Below, piece by piece: positions 50,847 to 63,940 of a stretch of DNA of 64,000 bases; the stretch's first letter is position 1, and the number at the start of each line of letters is the position of its first letter. A program made the translations under genes and the position numbers. The notes below the pieces were generated by a model. That model was not told the DNA's origin and ran no database searches. It saw only the letters and a program-made list of their open reading frames with translations. Source of the DNA: Tubiluchus corallicola (lineage: Eukaryota > Animalia > Priapulida); NCBI GenBank assembly GCA_030141605.1, contig JAQGDQ010001002.1, positions 7,180-71,179 of the forward strand, given 5' to 3'.

Positions 50847-51026
50847 CAAAATGTGGCATTCTTTTAACGTGGACTGTCAACGTCTTTGCCTGGACCATTT
50901 TATATGTATCCACATTTTACTATCTATGTCACTATTCATATTTTGGTCTGCAAACAAGTAGTGACATGATACGTATAATTTAGTCCAGGCAAAGATAATG
51001 ACAGTCCAATTTATGCTACATTTTGA
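50847..51026. mobile_element. Small palindromic MITE-like element
   Basis: caaaatgtggcat..tggactgtca..tctttgcctggac versus gtccaggcaaagataatgacagtcca..atgctacattttg. Confidence 0.6.
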
Positions 51027-51284
51027 CTAGGCATTATTGCGTTAATTCATTATGACTCTTGATTGCCAGAATTTTTATAAACCATTGGGGTTTATTTTAC
51101 CAGTTATTACCAATTGCGGGCTGAAAAATTGTGGCCTAGTGATGTCGAAGTAACGGTATATTTATTTGCCAGCTAATTTGGGAAAGTATTGATACCATAA
51201 GTATCCGCCTACTGTCATGTGTGCAGGTGGCACTGTTGGATTGTGTGCTACAAGGGGGAATTCTTAGGCCTGCTCTATCGTACT

Positions 51285-51350
51285 GGGCAGCTAGCTTAGG
51301 TGGTACAGGATGGGATTATTAATCGCCGGTATCGGGTTCAAATCCCGACA
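51285..51350 (+). mobile_element. Degenerate tRNA-like sequence / SINE head
   Basis: tagcttaggtggt (A box) ... gggttcaaatccc (B box); the cloverleaf is imperfect. Confidence 0.45.
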
Positions 51351-51515
51351 ATTTTTCAGTGTTTCCTTTCTTCAACTCTTTACCACCCACAATGGTTAAT
51401 AATTGGTTAAGTAAACCGCAATGATTTATAAAACTTTTGGCAATCGCAGTCATAATTAATTAATGATATCGTTAGTTGTTAACTAATTTGGAAAACGCAT
51501 TCACATTTTCTGTAG

Positions 51516-51598
51516 GTATGTCTGGACGATTCCATTTACCTACACAACAACGCATGCGCCTTCCGAACCACAGTTAAAATGGCTGACAACAAAAACAG
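51516..51598 (+). CDS. M1 aminopeptidase exon
   Basis: YVWTIPFTYTT...KWL; ctgtag|...|gtaggt, phase 2-1. Confidence 0.9.
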
Positions 51599-51819
51599 GT
51601 AGGTGTCAGTTCTTTAGATCTTCGAAAGTGCTTGGTTTCAAGAGGATCGAGTTTCTAATTTGAACAGAATAAACAGTAAAATTCAGCGTAAAGACTGAGG
51701 ACATGATGTCTCCTCTACAATTAGCTATCTCAAGTTACCTTGCACTTAGTCTTAATCACAATTCACATCAAGTTTGTCGAATTACATACCGTAATAGAGT
51801 AATTCCGTAATAGAGTAAT

Positions 51820-52545
51820 AATGGGGTTATTAAAGTTTATATTTCTAGAAATTAGAGTAATCTATAATTAGAGCTTGTACGTATGTGGTAAAAAGTGTGG
51901 TACAGATAAGTCAGTACGTATTTATTGCCATGGAATGTATCTCAAATGGAGCAACTTTCTAATGCCATCATGATAGCTAACTCTGAATTTATCCATAATA
52001 AACCAACACTGTATTATTCAGTCTGTTATCAGAGTATGACTAAATGTTAAAGCTGCTTAATATGGTTAACAGATCGAACTATATTGTTTCAAACCTATTT
52101 CAAACATAAGATTAGATAAGATAATATAAATTTTATTTAACGTCGAACATTTACCTAAATAATGTGAGCAGTTAAAGCTCTTTATCGACAATATATAATT
52201 ATAAAATAAATCGATAAAATAAAAGTAAAAATGGATCCTTAAGGAATCAAAATAATATATTGCTCTATCTGCTAACCATGATGAGCTTCAACATCATATT
52301 AGTCATATTCTGATAACAGAGTGAATGATATGATGCTGATCTATTATAGATAAACTATGTAGCTGATCTATTATAGAGTTTGCCATCATCATGGCATTAG
52401 AAAGTTGTTAAATGTGAGAAACAATTGAGGTGTTTCCAAGAAGTGCACTGACTTAGTATCTTTCCTACACTTTCTACCACATACGTGAAGTTCTTATCAT
52501 AGATTACTGTACTTTCTAGAAATACAAACTTTAATAACCCCGTTG
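51820..52545. mobile_element. MITE-like element with ~250-bp imperfect inverted arms
   Basis: ggggttattaaagtttatatttctagaaa versus tttctagaaatacaaactttaataacccc. Confidence 0.7.
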
Positions 52546-53170
52546 GAGTAAATTTGATTAACAGTGATCAAAGTTATGCCGCATTTTGGAATTGGGATTG
52601 CATGCATAGCATAATATTATAGGCTAGCTAGACTTTGTCAGTGTTTTATTTTTATATTTTTTCTGTACCGTAGCAGTTTGTACGAACTTTAAACATTAAT
52701 TCATATTTCTTTGTTAAATATCTTGTAAGATACGTTAATCTTTCTTGCTTAATACTGTAAATTATCCGGTTACTTTTACGGTCTTGTTACCGAATGAACA
52801 TTAAGTGAATGAGCGAGTGAATTTCTCAGTCTGACATCATATTAAACACTTTAAGCCCAGGGATTATTCAGTATTCTGATTAAACTGACATCAGATCATT
52901 CAGCTTAAGCTCAATATTGATGGAACAAAACGCACAATTAAGTAAATTCGGATACCAAACTTGAAAGAGAGGAAATGCGAAAAACTTGAGACACTGCCTG
53001 GTATTGAACCGTGACCTTCCTCTTGAACTAGACGCCGCCTATGACCATTCGGTCAGTGTACATCCCACTGGTCTAGACAATCCAAAGTCCTGACATCCCA
53101 CATAATTGGGCAAACAGAATTCAGCATTTCTAAAGCAGATCGCTCACACTGATTCTAACAAATATAGATA

Positions 53171-53240
53171 TGCAGTGCACCAGTGGTCTAAGGCATCTGC
53201 CTTGTCAGAAGAGGTTCCCCAGTTCAAATCCATACTGTAT
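53171..53240 (+). mobile_element. tRNA-derived SINE head (a similar head on the minus strand at ~52995-53060)
   Basis: cagtggtctaaggc ... cagttcaaatcc. Confidence 0.4.
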
Positions 53241-53660
53241 CCCAACTTTACACATTTCCTGTTTTTTAAGGCTGCTTTAATTAATTTATGATCATTCGAT
53301 CTTTAATAAAACTTTGTAGATTATAATAATAATTATGCAAAACGTTATTTAGTTTGAGGATCAATGCCATATTAGTGTTAACCCTTTCAGTCCCAAATCA
53401 TTTTTTTAATAAAAAAAATTTTGATTTGATACTTTTGTTCAATATGTCCATCTTATTTACACATAATAAATATTTTTTTCTACCTGTGCCCGTGTGCTAA
53501 ATATAGCCTGTATCCCACGGGATACATTGGGATTCAATGGTTGCTAAACATGATAAAAAGCAAATGCTGTATATTTGGAAATCTGAAGTTTATTCAATAC
53601 ATTTAATAAAGTCCTGGAAATTTATCACAAAATTCTGACTTCTGTGGAATCTCAACATGG

Positions 53661-53934
53661 AATTTACATAATTAAAAAATCATGTCAAACATTTCGACAG
53701 TACTACTGCTGTCATCATTAGAGGTAAATTTTTACAAACATACAACCAGTTTATATACCACTGATATAAAAATATATAAAAATTTACCTCATTATATCAA
53801 AACACAATCTCAGCGGTAAATTTTTATATATTTTTATATCAGTGGTAAATACACTGGTTGTAAAAATTTACCATTGATGACGACAGCAGAAGTACTATCG
53901 TCACGTTTGACATGATTTTTTAAACTATGTAAAT
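53661..53934. mobile_element. Palindromic MITE-like element (~125-bp arms, short loop)
   Basis: atttacata..aaaaatcatgtcaaac..taccactgatataaaaatatataaaaatttacc versus its reverse complement. Confidence 0.75.
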
Positions 53935-54074
53935 TAAAAGTTTAAACAAAGATGTGATGTTTTAACTATAAATGCTTTTTTTAAGTACCTGTAGTAACAC
54001 AAACTTTTGGTTCTTCTTTGTCTAACCCTTTCTTCTGTTCCTGTAAAATGCATGACGTCATCAGTGTCTTTTAG

Positions 54075-54205
54075 ATATGCTATCGAATGCACCCAATAAC
54101 AATGACTGGTTAATCGCAAACTACGGATCGTATGGTTACTACAGAGTGAACTATGATGATAAAAATTGGGAGATGCTCATACATCAGTTAGAAATAAACC
54201 ACAAG
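54075..54205 (+). CDS. M1 aminopeptidase exon (start of the ERAP1-like C-terminal domain)
   Basis: WLIANYGSYGYYRVNYDDKNWEMLIHQL; phase 1-0. Confidence 0.93.
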
Positions 54206-54859
54206 GTACATCTGTAATTTTAAAAGTTCATTTTTGCAATTTCCTCCCATGCTCTTACATCTCATAGATAAAATCACCGTCATTTAATCTTTTTAAACAA
54301 TTCTTTTTACAAGTGGTGATACAGTATATTGTGATTGCGATTGCGATACTCGACTCTCTCCACCTATCCGAGGCGGGCACCTTTATAGGGTGCAAAGTCT
54401 ATTCTTCTTTAACGCTGATCTTTTATTTGTCTTTTCCAAGTTTAATGTCTTTATTTGTCTTTATCCTGTATTCCATAATTTCGTTCACTAGATTTCTAAT
54501 TTCTAGCAATCCTTCCTTTTCACTGTTCATTAATACATCTGAGTTCAAAATTTTTTCCATTCTCCATATCTATAACATCTAAGCATATGTTCAGTAGTGT
54601 CATCATCTTCCTCACACACTGGGCATAATAAATGATCCTTAAACTCATTCTTGTAGTTCCCTTTAACTTTAATCATATTCAGTCTTATTTTCAATATATC
54701 TTTAACCTCTTCTGGCTTGCACGTGTCTATGTAATTTTGTCGTTTCTACTCGGTATGCCTTAAAAATCTTAATTTAGTGCTGCTCCTGCATTTTTCTGCA
54801 GTATATGATAGCTAAGAATAGTACGTGAGAGTTACTGTTTATTACTAGCACGTGATTGT

Positions 54860-55690
54860 ATGCAATAGCTAGTGATAGCATGTAAAAACAAGTGAACGTG
54901 TGCGACAGCTAGCAGTATTATACTACAACTTGAGATAATATGTGGTAGCCAGCGGTAATACGTGATGGCTAGACATAGTATGTGATAGCTAGTGATAATA
55001 CTGGTAGCTAGATATAATATGTTACAGCTAGTGATAGTACTGATAACTAGAGATAATATATGATATCTTGTGATAATACTGATAGCTAGAGATAATATGT
55101 GATAGCTAGCGATAGTACTGATAGCTAGAGATAATATATGATATCTTGTGATAATAATGATAGCTAGAGATAATATGTTATAGCTATTAATAGTACTGAT
55201 AGCTAGAGATAATATGTTATAGCTAATAATAATACTGATAGCTAGAGATAATATGTTACAGCTAGCGATAGTACTGATAGCTAGAGATAATATATGATAT
55301 CTTGTAACAATACTGATAGCTAGAGATAATATGTTATAGCTAATACTAATACTGATAGCTAGAGATAATATGTTACAGCTAGCGATAGTACTGATAGCTA
55401 GAGATAATATATGATATATTGTGATAATACTGATAGCTAGAGATAAGATGTTATAGCTAATAATAATACTGATAGCTATCTATATCAGTATTATAGCCAG
55501 TGATAATATGTGATAGCTAGTGACAGTATGTGGTAGCTAGTAGTAGTACAAGACAGATACAGTGTGATAGCCTGCAAAAATGCATGAAGGCTAGTTGCAG
55601 TATGTGATAGCTAGTCGTAATGTATGATAGCTAGTGATAATACGTGCATGTTGGTGATAGTATGTGATAGCTAGTGATAGCAGCAATGTT
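54860..55690. repeat. Degenerate ~19/38-bp tandem repeat
   Basis: actgatagctagagataatatg recurring. Confidence 0.85.
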
Positions 55691-55876
55691 ACTGTGAAAA
55701 TGTGTCCCAGATCGTGGATTTTTGCTTAGGTACAGATTGAGCTGTAGCTATAAGCTGACTTTTGACACGTACCTATCTACAAATACTCTAACAATTCAGC
55801 AAGAGCAAAACACTAGCTAGGTAGGTAAAGTATCATTCATTAGATGGGCACCACACACGCTTTCCTATTTTTTCAG

Positions 55877-55932
55877 ATTTTTGAAATCAGGACAAGAGCG
55901 AAACTACTCAGTGACGTATTCAACATTGCCAA
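55877..55932 (+). CDS. M1 aminopeptidase exon
   Basis: IFEIRTRAKLLSDVFNIA; tttcag|...|gtaagt, phase 0-2. Confidence 0.9.
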
Positions 55933-56849
55933 GTAAGTTTTTAACTTCTCTATACATTTTACCAAGTGATAAAAACTTTTAGGACGTTGTGATTGTGTTC
56001 TGATGATTGACGATGACGACGACGACGATGACAACAACAATGACAACGACGAGGGCGACGGCGATGACGATGGTGATGACGACGATGATGGTGGTGATGA
56101 TGATGATGATGATGATGATGATGACTGTATTAAGCAAAACTCAAAATGAATGAAGTTATTAGAAAATACTGAAGCTTTAGGTGAATTTAATGGATGCTCA
56201 TGACTTGTATTAGCACTAGTGAAGTATGTAAAGCATGAAAATTTAAACTTCTCTGATGATTGTTAGGCGGAGACATTTTAACTGTAAGTCGCTTGAAACG
56301 AGTCTAAATAACATTGTGTAAAGTCTGGGAAAAAATCAGAGCATTCGTTGTGCACTCTTCAACAACTAAGCAAAAGTTTAAAACACTTTATTTTATCTTG
56401 TCAATAAGTTTAAAATACGTTTTTGGTGAATCAGTGATGCACACTGGGAAGGTGAGTCAGTTTGCGAGAACATTTTAAATTACTAAGAATTATCTTTTCT
56501 AATTACCTACGTCTTTCGAGCAGGAAGGGGCAGCGCAAATGCAACATGACATTGAGTGGAAAGTAATGTGGGATGTACTTTAAAATTGCCTCGGCTTCCT
56601 CTTTAAAGAGCATAGCCCTCTCAATGCCTACGTCACTTCTGCTCCCTCCTCCATGGAACTGGTGTCACTGTCACAGAGCAACACCCTCATTCTGCTTTAC
56701 GATGTCAATCTCCAGTTCGTTTTATTGTAGCGTGCTCACTGCCACGCTGTAGTAAAGTTCCTATAACATGCAATCATTAAGAATTCATTGCTAGAACGCT
56801 TGCCTGCCTTTATTAAAAGGGGGAGAAAGGGGAAATTTAATGTATGTCT

Positions 56850-57945
56850 CAAAAACCTTTCTATACACAGCTATATTACCTAGTCTTGCAGTTATCTGTT
56901 TGAAAGCCACATGGCAGGAACCCAAAAAGGAAATTATTAATAATTTAAATGTTCGTGCCAAGTTGAAAAACGTCACTGGCTCACCATTCCAGTGCAAACA
57001 AAACGTATCCGAACGCCATTGCACTTTCTCATAACAATCTTTAAATTCTCATAACAATGGCGTTAACCACATCCTGGTAATCAGCTTCGAACCCGCACCG
57101 TGAGCCAAAATCTGAGTGCAGTTCCTGCCGTTGACGAGCGCAATTCATTAGTGAATTCTTGTCTGCTATATACGCTTCATAGTCATCTTACCCATGTTCT
57201 TACATTTATAATATATTGTTGTTGGCATCCTTCTGTCTCGAAAGACAATGGAGTGTGCGCCAAGAGAGTCAGTTATTGATCACATTTATGGAGCTGCAGT
57301 GTCGACAGTGGCTGAGCAGTCCGATCCTCGAACCACTGGAATGGCCTCTCCAGGACGCACGCCTGGGCAAGGTGTATGGAGATCCTGAGTTGCCCAGACA
57401 ACACGAACCCCCTCTCTTCCTCCCTGGTGTAGTCCAAAGGAAAGCGGAGCAATACGTTTGGCACCAGGTTGGCTGCAGGAACTGCCGGAGTCAGTGAGCA
57501 TGCTGCACTGGTCCGCCTTCGGGTCTCCACTCCTGATTTGGAAGGTTTACTCCTCTACACATGGCCGTTAGGTCACTTGACCTCCTCCGCCCTCTAGCTA
57601 TTGGCTGCTTGTGCAGCTCTTCAGCCTAGTGTCGAGATACAGTGTGGGCATCCCGTAATATAACAAGGGTTCCTGTAAAACCATACTGATTAGTTTTTGT
57701 TGGTGTTCATCGATGTTACATTGGAGCCGTGACCAGATGTGATTAGTGCCATTGTTATGAGAATTTAAAGATTGTTATGAGAAAATGCAATGGCGTTCGG
57801 ATACAAGTGTGTGCATTGGGATGGTGAGCCAGTGAAGTTTGCCAACTTGGCACGAACATTTAAATTATTAATAACTTCCTTTTTGGATTCCTTCCATGTG
57901 TCTTTCAAACAGATAACTGTAACACTAGGTTGTATAGAAAATGCA
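56850..57945. mobile_element. Foldback-like element: ~220-bp inverted arms around a GC-rich core
   Basis: 56850-57075 versus 57735-57945 (gttatctgtttgaaag / ctttcaaacagataac; aatttaaatgttcgtgccaagttg). Confidence 0.65.
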
Positions 57946-58489
57946 ATGGCAATCCAGTTACATTTTGTGTGCACTGGGATTGTGAGCCAGTGACGTTCAA
58001 CAACAGTACGAACATTTAAATAATTAATAATTTCATCCCAAAACGTATTATTAACGTTATTGACAAGATGAAGTTGAATTTTTACTTTTGCTTAGTTGGT
58101 AAAGTGTGCACTACGCATGCTTTGATTATTACTTTTCAACTGTACTCAATGTTATTCGAGCAACTGTCTGTAAATGGCGGCGCCTATCGCAGGAGTCATC
58201 GCAGTCACCTAGAGTCATTGCAGGAGTTAAAATTTTCTAGTTTTGTACAACGTTGTGCTGCTAATATAGGCTCTGTGCACAATAAGACAGCATGTAGTTC
58301 ATACAAATTTTCAAGACGAATTTTAGCCGTACATAAGGATCCAGCTTACTTATCCTTTAACTGAAACAACTTCTGATTCCTTCACAAGTTAAGAGCCATT
58401 ATTCAGTCGACGGGCAAAGTCGTAACAAGGCGTCGTGGTTACAGAGGGGGTTACAAATTGATACGTGTTGTAACAAGTATTATTTTCAG

Positions 58490-58637
58490 AGCTGGACACG
58501 TTGATCAGGTCATAGCATTGAAGACAACAGAGTATTTGTCCAGAGAGAAAGACTACCTACCATTGAAAACTGCACTAGATTCTCTTAGTTATATAAAAGA
58601 CATGTTATCCAAAACCTCGGCTTATCCTCTTATCCAG
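58490..58637 (+). CDS. M1 aminopeptidase exon
   Basis: AGHVDQVIALKTTEYLSREKDYLPLKTALDSLSYIKDML; phase 2-0. Confidence 0.92.
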
Positions 58638-58649
58638 GTAAATGTCTTA

Positions 58650-59054
58650 ATGAAGAATACGATGAAAATATTGATGGTAATTACTATGATGAGGAAGGTA
58701 ATGACGAAGATCATGACAATCGTGATGATAATAATGGTGGTAATGACGACGACAACGAGACGATGATGATGATGACGACGACGACGACGATGAAGATGAT
58801 ACTTCTGCTGCTGCTGCTGATGATGATGATGATGGTGATAATGATAATGATGATGATGATGATGTTGTTGATGATGATGACGATGATAATGATGATGTTG
58901 ATGAAGATGGTGATGATGATGATGATGACGACGACGACAACGACGACTACAATGATGATGATGATAATGATGACGATGATGACGACGATGATGATAATGA
59001 TAATGATGATGATGATATTGTTGTTGTTGATGATGATGATGTTGTTGTTGTTGT

Positions 59055-59089
<35 letters not shown>

Positions 59090-59090
59090 T

Positions 59091-59165
<75 letters not shown>

Positions 59166-59180
59166 CATTGATGATAATAA
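58650..59180. repeat. (GAT)n-type trinucleotide microsatellite (a smaller one at 56003-56125)
   Basis: Directly visible; intronic. Confidence 0.95.
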
Positions 59181-59247
59181 AACTAAGTACTTTTAATAAC
59201 AACAACTACAACTGCAGTTTTTAGCTAAATTATTGTTATTAATTAAG

Positions 59248-59327
59248 GCATATATAGTCCAACTGGTGCGTCCGGAATACGAGAAAGTTGCTTGGATAGT
59301 CAGTTCAGATCGAGACATCATATCAGA
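59248..59327 (+). CDS. M1 aminopeptidase exon
   Basis: AYIVQLVRPEYEKVAW; ag|...|gtgagt, phase 0-2. Confidence 0.85.
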
Positions 59328-59399
59328 GTGAGTACACCTACGTATTACAATGAATTGTGAGCTGCTAATGTTTAGTCACATGTTTTAGTCATCCTGTTA

Positions 59400-59784
59400 A
59401 AAAAACCATAGGTAGAAAAGTCACAGAACAAAAGTAACATGGAAAAAAGCGCATAAAAAAGAAATAACCCCAACACTAACGCTAATATAAACACTAACTC
59501 TAACACTAACTCTAACCCTAAGACTAACACTAACACTTTCTCTAGCCTTAACACTAACACCAGCACCAACACTAACTCTTATCCTAAGACTAACACTAAC
59601 ACTAACTGTAATCCTAAGACTAAGACAAATACTTTCTCTAACCCTAACACTAACACTAACCCTAACCCTGATTTTAACGCCTAACAATAACCTCAAGCGT
59701 AGTCAAAATTAACTGATTTTTTTCCTAGCCATAATTGTAACTTTTTTCCGTGCCTTTTTCCCTATGACCTTGTTACCGGTCACC
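59400..59784 (-). mobile_element. Non-autonomous element with a telomere-like hexamer core (same family as 63095-63408, opposite orientation)
   Basis: aaaagtcaca sub-repeats, (ACTAAC/CCTAAC)n core, inverse tgtgacttttt-like sub-repeats, end ggtcacc. Confidence 0.6.
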
Positions 59785-59907
59785 ATTTGGCCATTATTTT
59801 TAGTAAATTCCCGTGTTTAATGCTAGCGCTATTTTTACTAATTTTGAAAAATGGAATTTAAAGATACATCCGTAATACTAGTGAATCAAATAGACGTCTG
59901 TTGCAGG

Positions 59908-61119
59908 AGCATTGTTTTATCTAAAATGGCTAGAACTCACTATCGTGAAAATGTAGCATTGTTTTATCTGAAATGGCTAGAACTCACTGTCGTGAAAATG
60001 TAGCATTGTTTTATCTGAAATGGCTAGAACTCACTATCGTGAAAATGTAGCATTGTTTTATCTTAAATGGCTAGAACTCACTATCATGAAAATGTAGCAT
60101 TGTTTTATCTGAAATGGCTAGAACTCACTATCGTGAAAATGTACCATTGTTTTATCTGAAATGGCTAGAACTCACTATCGTGAAAATGTAGCATTGTTTT
60201 ATCTGAAATGGCTAGAACTCACTATTGTGAAAATGCAGCATTGTTTTATCTGAAATGGCTAGAACTCACTATCGTGAGAATGTAGCATTGTTTTATCTGA
60301 AATGGCTAGAACTCACTATCGTGAGAATGTAGCATTGTTTTATCTGAAATGCCTAGAACTCACTATCGTGAAAATATAGCATTGTTTTATCTGAAATGGC
60401 TAGAACTCGCTATCGTGAAAATGTAGCATTGTTTTATCTGAAATGGCTAGAACTCGCTATCGTGAAAATGTAGCATTGTTTCATCCGAAATGGCTAGAAC
60501 TCGCTATCGTGAAAATGTAGCATTGTTTTATCTGAAATGGCTAGAACTCGCTATCGTGAAAATGTAGCATTGTTTTATCTGAAATGGCTAGAACTCGCTA
60601 TCGTGAAATGGCTAGAACTCGCTATCGTGAAAATGTAGCATTGTTTTATCTGAAATGGCTAGAACTCGCTATCGTGAAAATGTAGCATTGTTTCATCCGA
60701 AATGGCTAGAACTCGCTATCGTGAAAATGTAGCATTGTTTTATCTGAAATGGCTAGAACTCGCTATCGTGAAAATGTAGCATTGTTTTATCTGAAATGGC
60801 TAGAACTCACTATCGTGAAAATGTAGCATTGTTTTATCTGAAATGGCTAGAACTCACTATCGTGAGAATGTAGCATTGTTTTATCTGAAATGGCTAGAAC
60901 TCACTATCGTGAAAATGTAGCATTGTTTTATCTGAAATGGCTAGAACTCACTATCGTGAGAATGTAGCATTGTTTTATCTGAAATGGCTAGAACTCACTA
61001 TCGTGAAAATGTAGCATTGTTTTATCTGAAATGGCTAGAACTCACTATCGTGAAAATGTAGCATTGTTTTATCTGAAATGGCTAGAACTCACTATCGTGA
61101 AAATGTAGCATTGTTTTAT
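59908..61119. repeat. 47-bp minisatellite, about 26 copies
   Basis: tagcattgttttatctgaaatggctagaactcactatcgtgaaaatg. Confidence 0.97.
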
Positions 61120-61204
61120 TGATTTAACAAAGTGAGCTATTGATATTTGAAATAAACCTATGCTACCACGGTATACGTCACTTTGGCTGATTGTCCTGTT
61201 TTAG

Positions 61205-61315
61205 GCTCAAGTCACAGATGCTGGTTGAAGTGGCTTGCGAGCATGAAATTGAACATTGTATTACACGTTCACTGGAATTGTTTACAGACTGGATGAACAG
61301 CATGAACAATGTGGC
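61205..61315 (+). CDS. M1 aminopeptidase exon
   Basis: LVEVACEHEIEHCITRSLELFTDWM; phase 2-2. Confidence 0.9.
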
Positions 61316-61840
61316 GTAAGTATAGGACTATCATAGAACAGCAATGTTAATACTACATTCTATGCATAGCTTGCTGTATTATATGCATTATATTTCAAAT
61401 GTTACTTAGTAGATGGAGGTACTGTCTTGACAATGCATACTGAAACTTTACATAGCTTGCTGTATTATATGCATTATATTTCAAATGTTAATTAATAGAT
61501 GGAGGCACTGTCTTGACAATGCCTGCTGAAACTTGCACGCTTTGCAGTGTGTGTCGATGATCGTTGCAGAAACCACCAGGCCTGAGAAATGTAAAAATCT
61601 ACAAAGACCTGGTCACAAATACTTAAAATTCAAAATACTTAAAAAATTTAATATTTAAAAAACTTAATAAAACCTCTAGAATTTTAATGCACCGATGAAA
61701 AATGATGACGTAACAAATGAAGATCAGAGCAGGACAATTGTGACAGATCTGACAGCGTCTTGTTCAGGAAGTTTTCCTGTCTTCTCCCTTTTTTTCATTT
61801 CGGATTTTCCATTTTTCACTTATTATATCACATATCCTAG

Positions 61841-62011
61841 GTTACCTTCTGCATATAAGCAGACAATATTTTGCACAGCTGCTAAGCATGGAACTAAAGA
61901 GATGGTTGATTACCTGTGGAAGCATCTTCAAAACACGACTCTGTCACAGGTGGAGAGAGTTAAAATTCTTGTTGGTCTTTCTTGCAGCAAACAACCTTGG
62001 GTGTTACGGCG
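61841..62011 (+). CDS. M1 aminopeptidase exon
   Basis: LPSAYKQTIFCTAAKHG...ERVKILVGLSCSKQPWVLR; phase 2-2. Confidence 0.92.
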
Positions 62012-62660
62012 GTAGGTAGTCACTAGTCAATTTCATAATTTTATTCACGTCTTTTTATTTATCTAAATATTAGTAGAGTAATTAATTTAATTGTACCGAT
62101 GAAGTAACATCACATTGTTCAGTTTTTTAACAAAGCGTCAGTACGTCGTTTAGTTAAAGCATTATCGATCGACTATCGATTCACTTGTTGAATTTCTGAT
62201 GATGTAATCAATTATTTGTATCTGTCAAAATTATTTTTCAATGTGGTGATCCAGTTAACGCTTTATATTGGAGCTAAAATGCTGGCAAAATGTATATCCA
62301 ATTGCTCGAATGTAGAGAATCTGACTGTCTGTCCGTCCGTTTGTCTGCCTGCCGGCCTGTCTACCTGCATATCTGTCTGTCTGTCTGTCTGCCTTCCTGC
62401 TTGCATATCTGTCTGTCGGTGTGTAATGGCTGTTTGCTTACCAGCCTAGTCATATCCTTCTCATATTCTTATTCTTATTCTTTTTCATTTTTATCTTCTT
62501 TGTTTCCTATATTCATCTCTTTTTCTCTTTTTAGTTTTTGTCCTTTTTCAACTTTTTTCTTCTTGTTCTTGTTCCTCTTAATCTTTACCTTCTTTCTCTT
62601 TTTTCTTTCATTTTAAATGTGTGTTTTTAGTAGCAAACGTGAATTTCATTTTTTCTGTAG

Positions 62661-62804
62661 TGTTTTAGAGACAGCTATGGACAGCAAAGTTATAGATTCC
62701 TCAAATTTCGTTTCTGTGTTCGCTGGTGTTAACGAAAATCCGCTAGGGCGGCGCATCGGCTGGGAATTCTTCACGAGGGAACGCTGGGACTGGTTTTGGA
62801 AAAC
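62661..62804 (+). CDS. M1 aminopeptidase exon (gene continues beyond the window)
   Basis: VFAGVNENPLGRRIGWEFFTRERWDW; ctgtag|...|gtaagt, phase 2-2. Confidence 0.9.
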
Positions 62805-63094
62805 GTAAGTCATTTGAACTATAAACTATAGTTATTAAGTTATGATTGGATGAACAAATGAAACAAACGCACTTTTCAGCTCAATTCAGGCACGCTAAGG
62901 GTTTTTTCCAGACAGTCTGGAATATTCCAGACAATTTCGAGGATGAACGCTTTCAGTCCAAAGTAACAAACTGAACAGTTCGTGGTTTTACGTAATGCGC
63001 GTGGTTTTACTATAAAAACTGAAAAAATTTCTGAACTTTCTACATGGGGGAGCCACAATCATGCGATTGGACGATTGGCGCAACTGTATAGCAA

Positions 63095-63408
63095 GGTGAC
63101 GGCTAACAAAGTCACAGGTAAAAAAGTCACGGAAAAAATCACAAATGTGCTAACAAAATTGTAACAGAAATAGTCGCAAATTAATGTTAAATAAGGTAAG
63201 GGTCAGGGTAACGGTTAGGGTTAGGGTTACAGCTGTTTTTTCCTGTGTCGAAGTTTCTGTGACTTTTTTACCTGTTACTTTTTTCCTGTGACTTTTTTCT
63301 TGAGCCTTTTTCCTGTGACTTTTTTCTTGAGCCTTTCACCTGTGGCTTTTTTACCTGTGACTTTTTTACCTGTGACTTTTTTAACTCTGACTTTCTTACT
63401 TGGATTCG
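63095..63408 (+). mobile_element. Non-autonomous element with a (TTAGGG)n core and inverted subterminal sub-repeats
   Basis: ggtgac..aaagtcacagg..gggttagggtta..(cctgtgactttttt)n. Confidence 0.6.
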
Positions 63409-63614
63409 CTTAACGATTTCGTTTCTCCATTTTAATGGTTTATTAATAATTAAACGACAGCTACCATTAAAATCTGCACTTATGGTGCAGATCGTTCAAT
63501 CTCTGACAACATATTTGAAATAGTATGTAGTTATGCATAACTGCAAAGAGAAAAACAGCTGGAATTGTCACTTAACTTATCATGATTATATTAGTTAACA
63601 CAACAATACTGCGC

Positions 63615-63700
63615 CCAGTTCTTTAGTCTAATGGTAGCACGTCCGCTTCGGTAGCACGATCTGGGAGGTCGCGAGTTCTATACTACTGCCGGAACATACC
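63615..63700 (+). mobile_element. tRNA-derived SINE head
   Basis: tagtctaatggtagcacg ... ggtcgcgagttcta. Confidence 0.4.
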
Positions 63701-63808
63701 TGATTGGTGTAGGATATAAGTTGGTTGATAATAGTATCTGTTATATAGTTGTAGATTGTCATTTACAGTATTCAAAAAGATCTTTCGAGCTTATGTTAAT
63801 TGTTCATC

Positions 63809-63854
63809 CAAATAAATAAATAAATAAATAAATATTGTTAAATTATTAAATAAA

Positions 63855-63924
<70 letters not shown>

Positions 63925-63940
63925 TACAGTTATTATTAAA
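63809..63940. repeat. (AAAT)n and (TAT)n microsatellites
   Basis: Directly visible. Confidence 0.9.

Noticed and set aside
51285-51350. Functional tRNA gene (also 53171 and 63615)
   Set aside because: Acceptor and anticodon stems are not properly paired; treated as SINE or pseudogene relics
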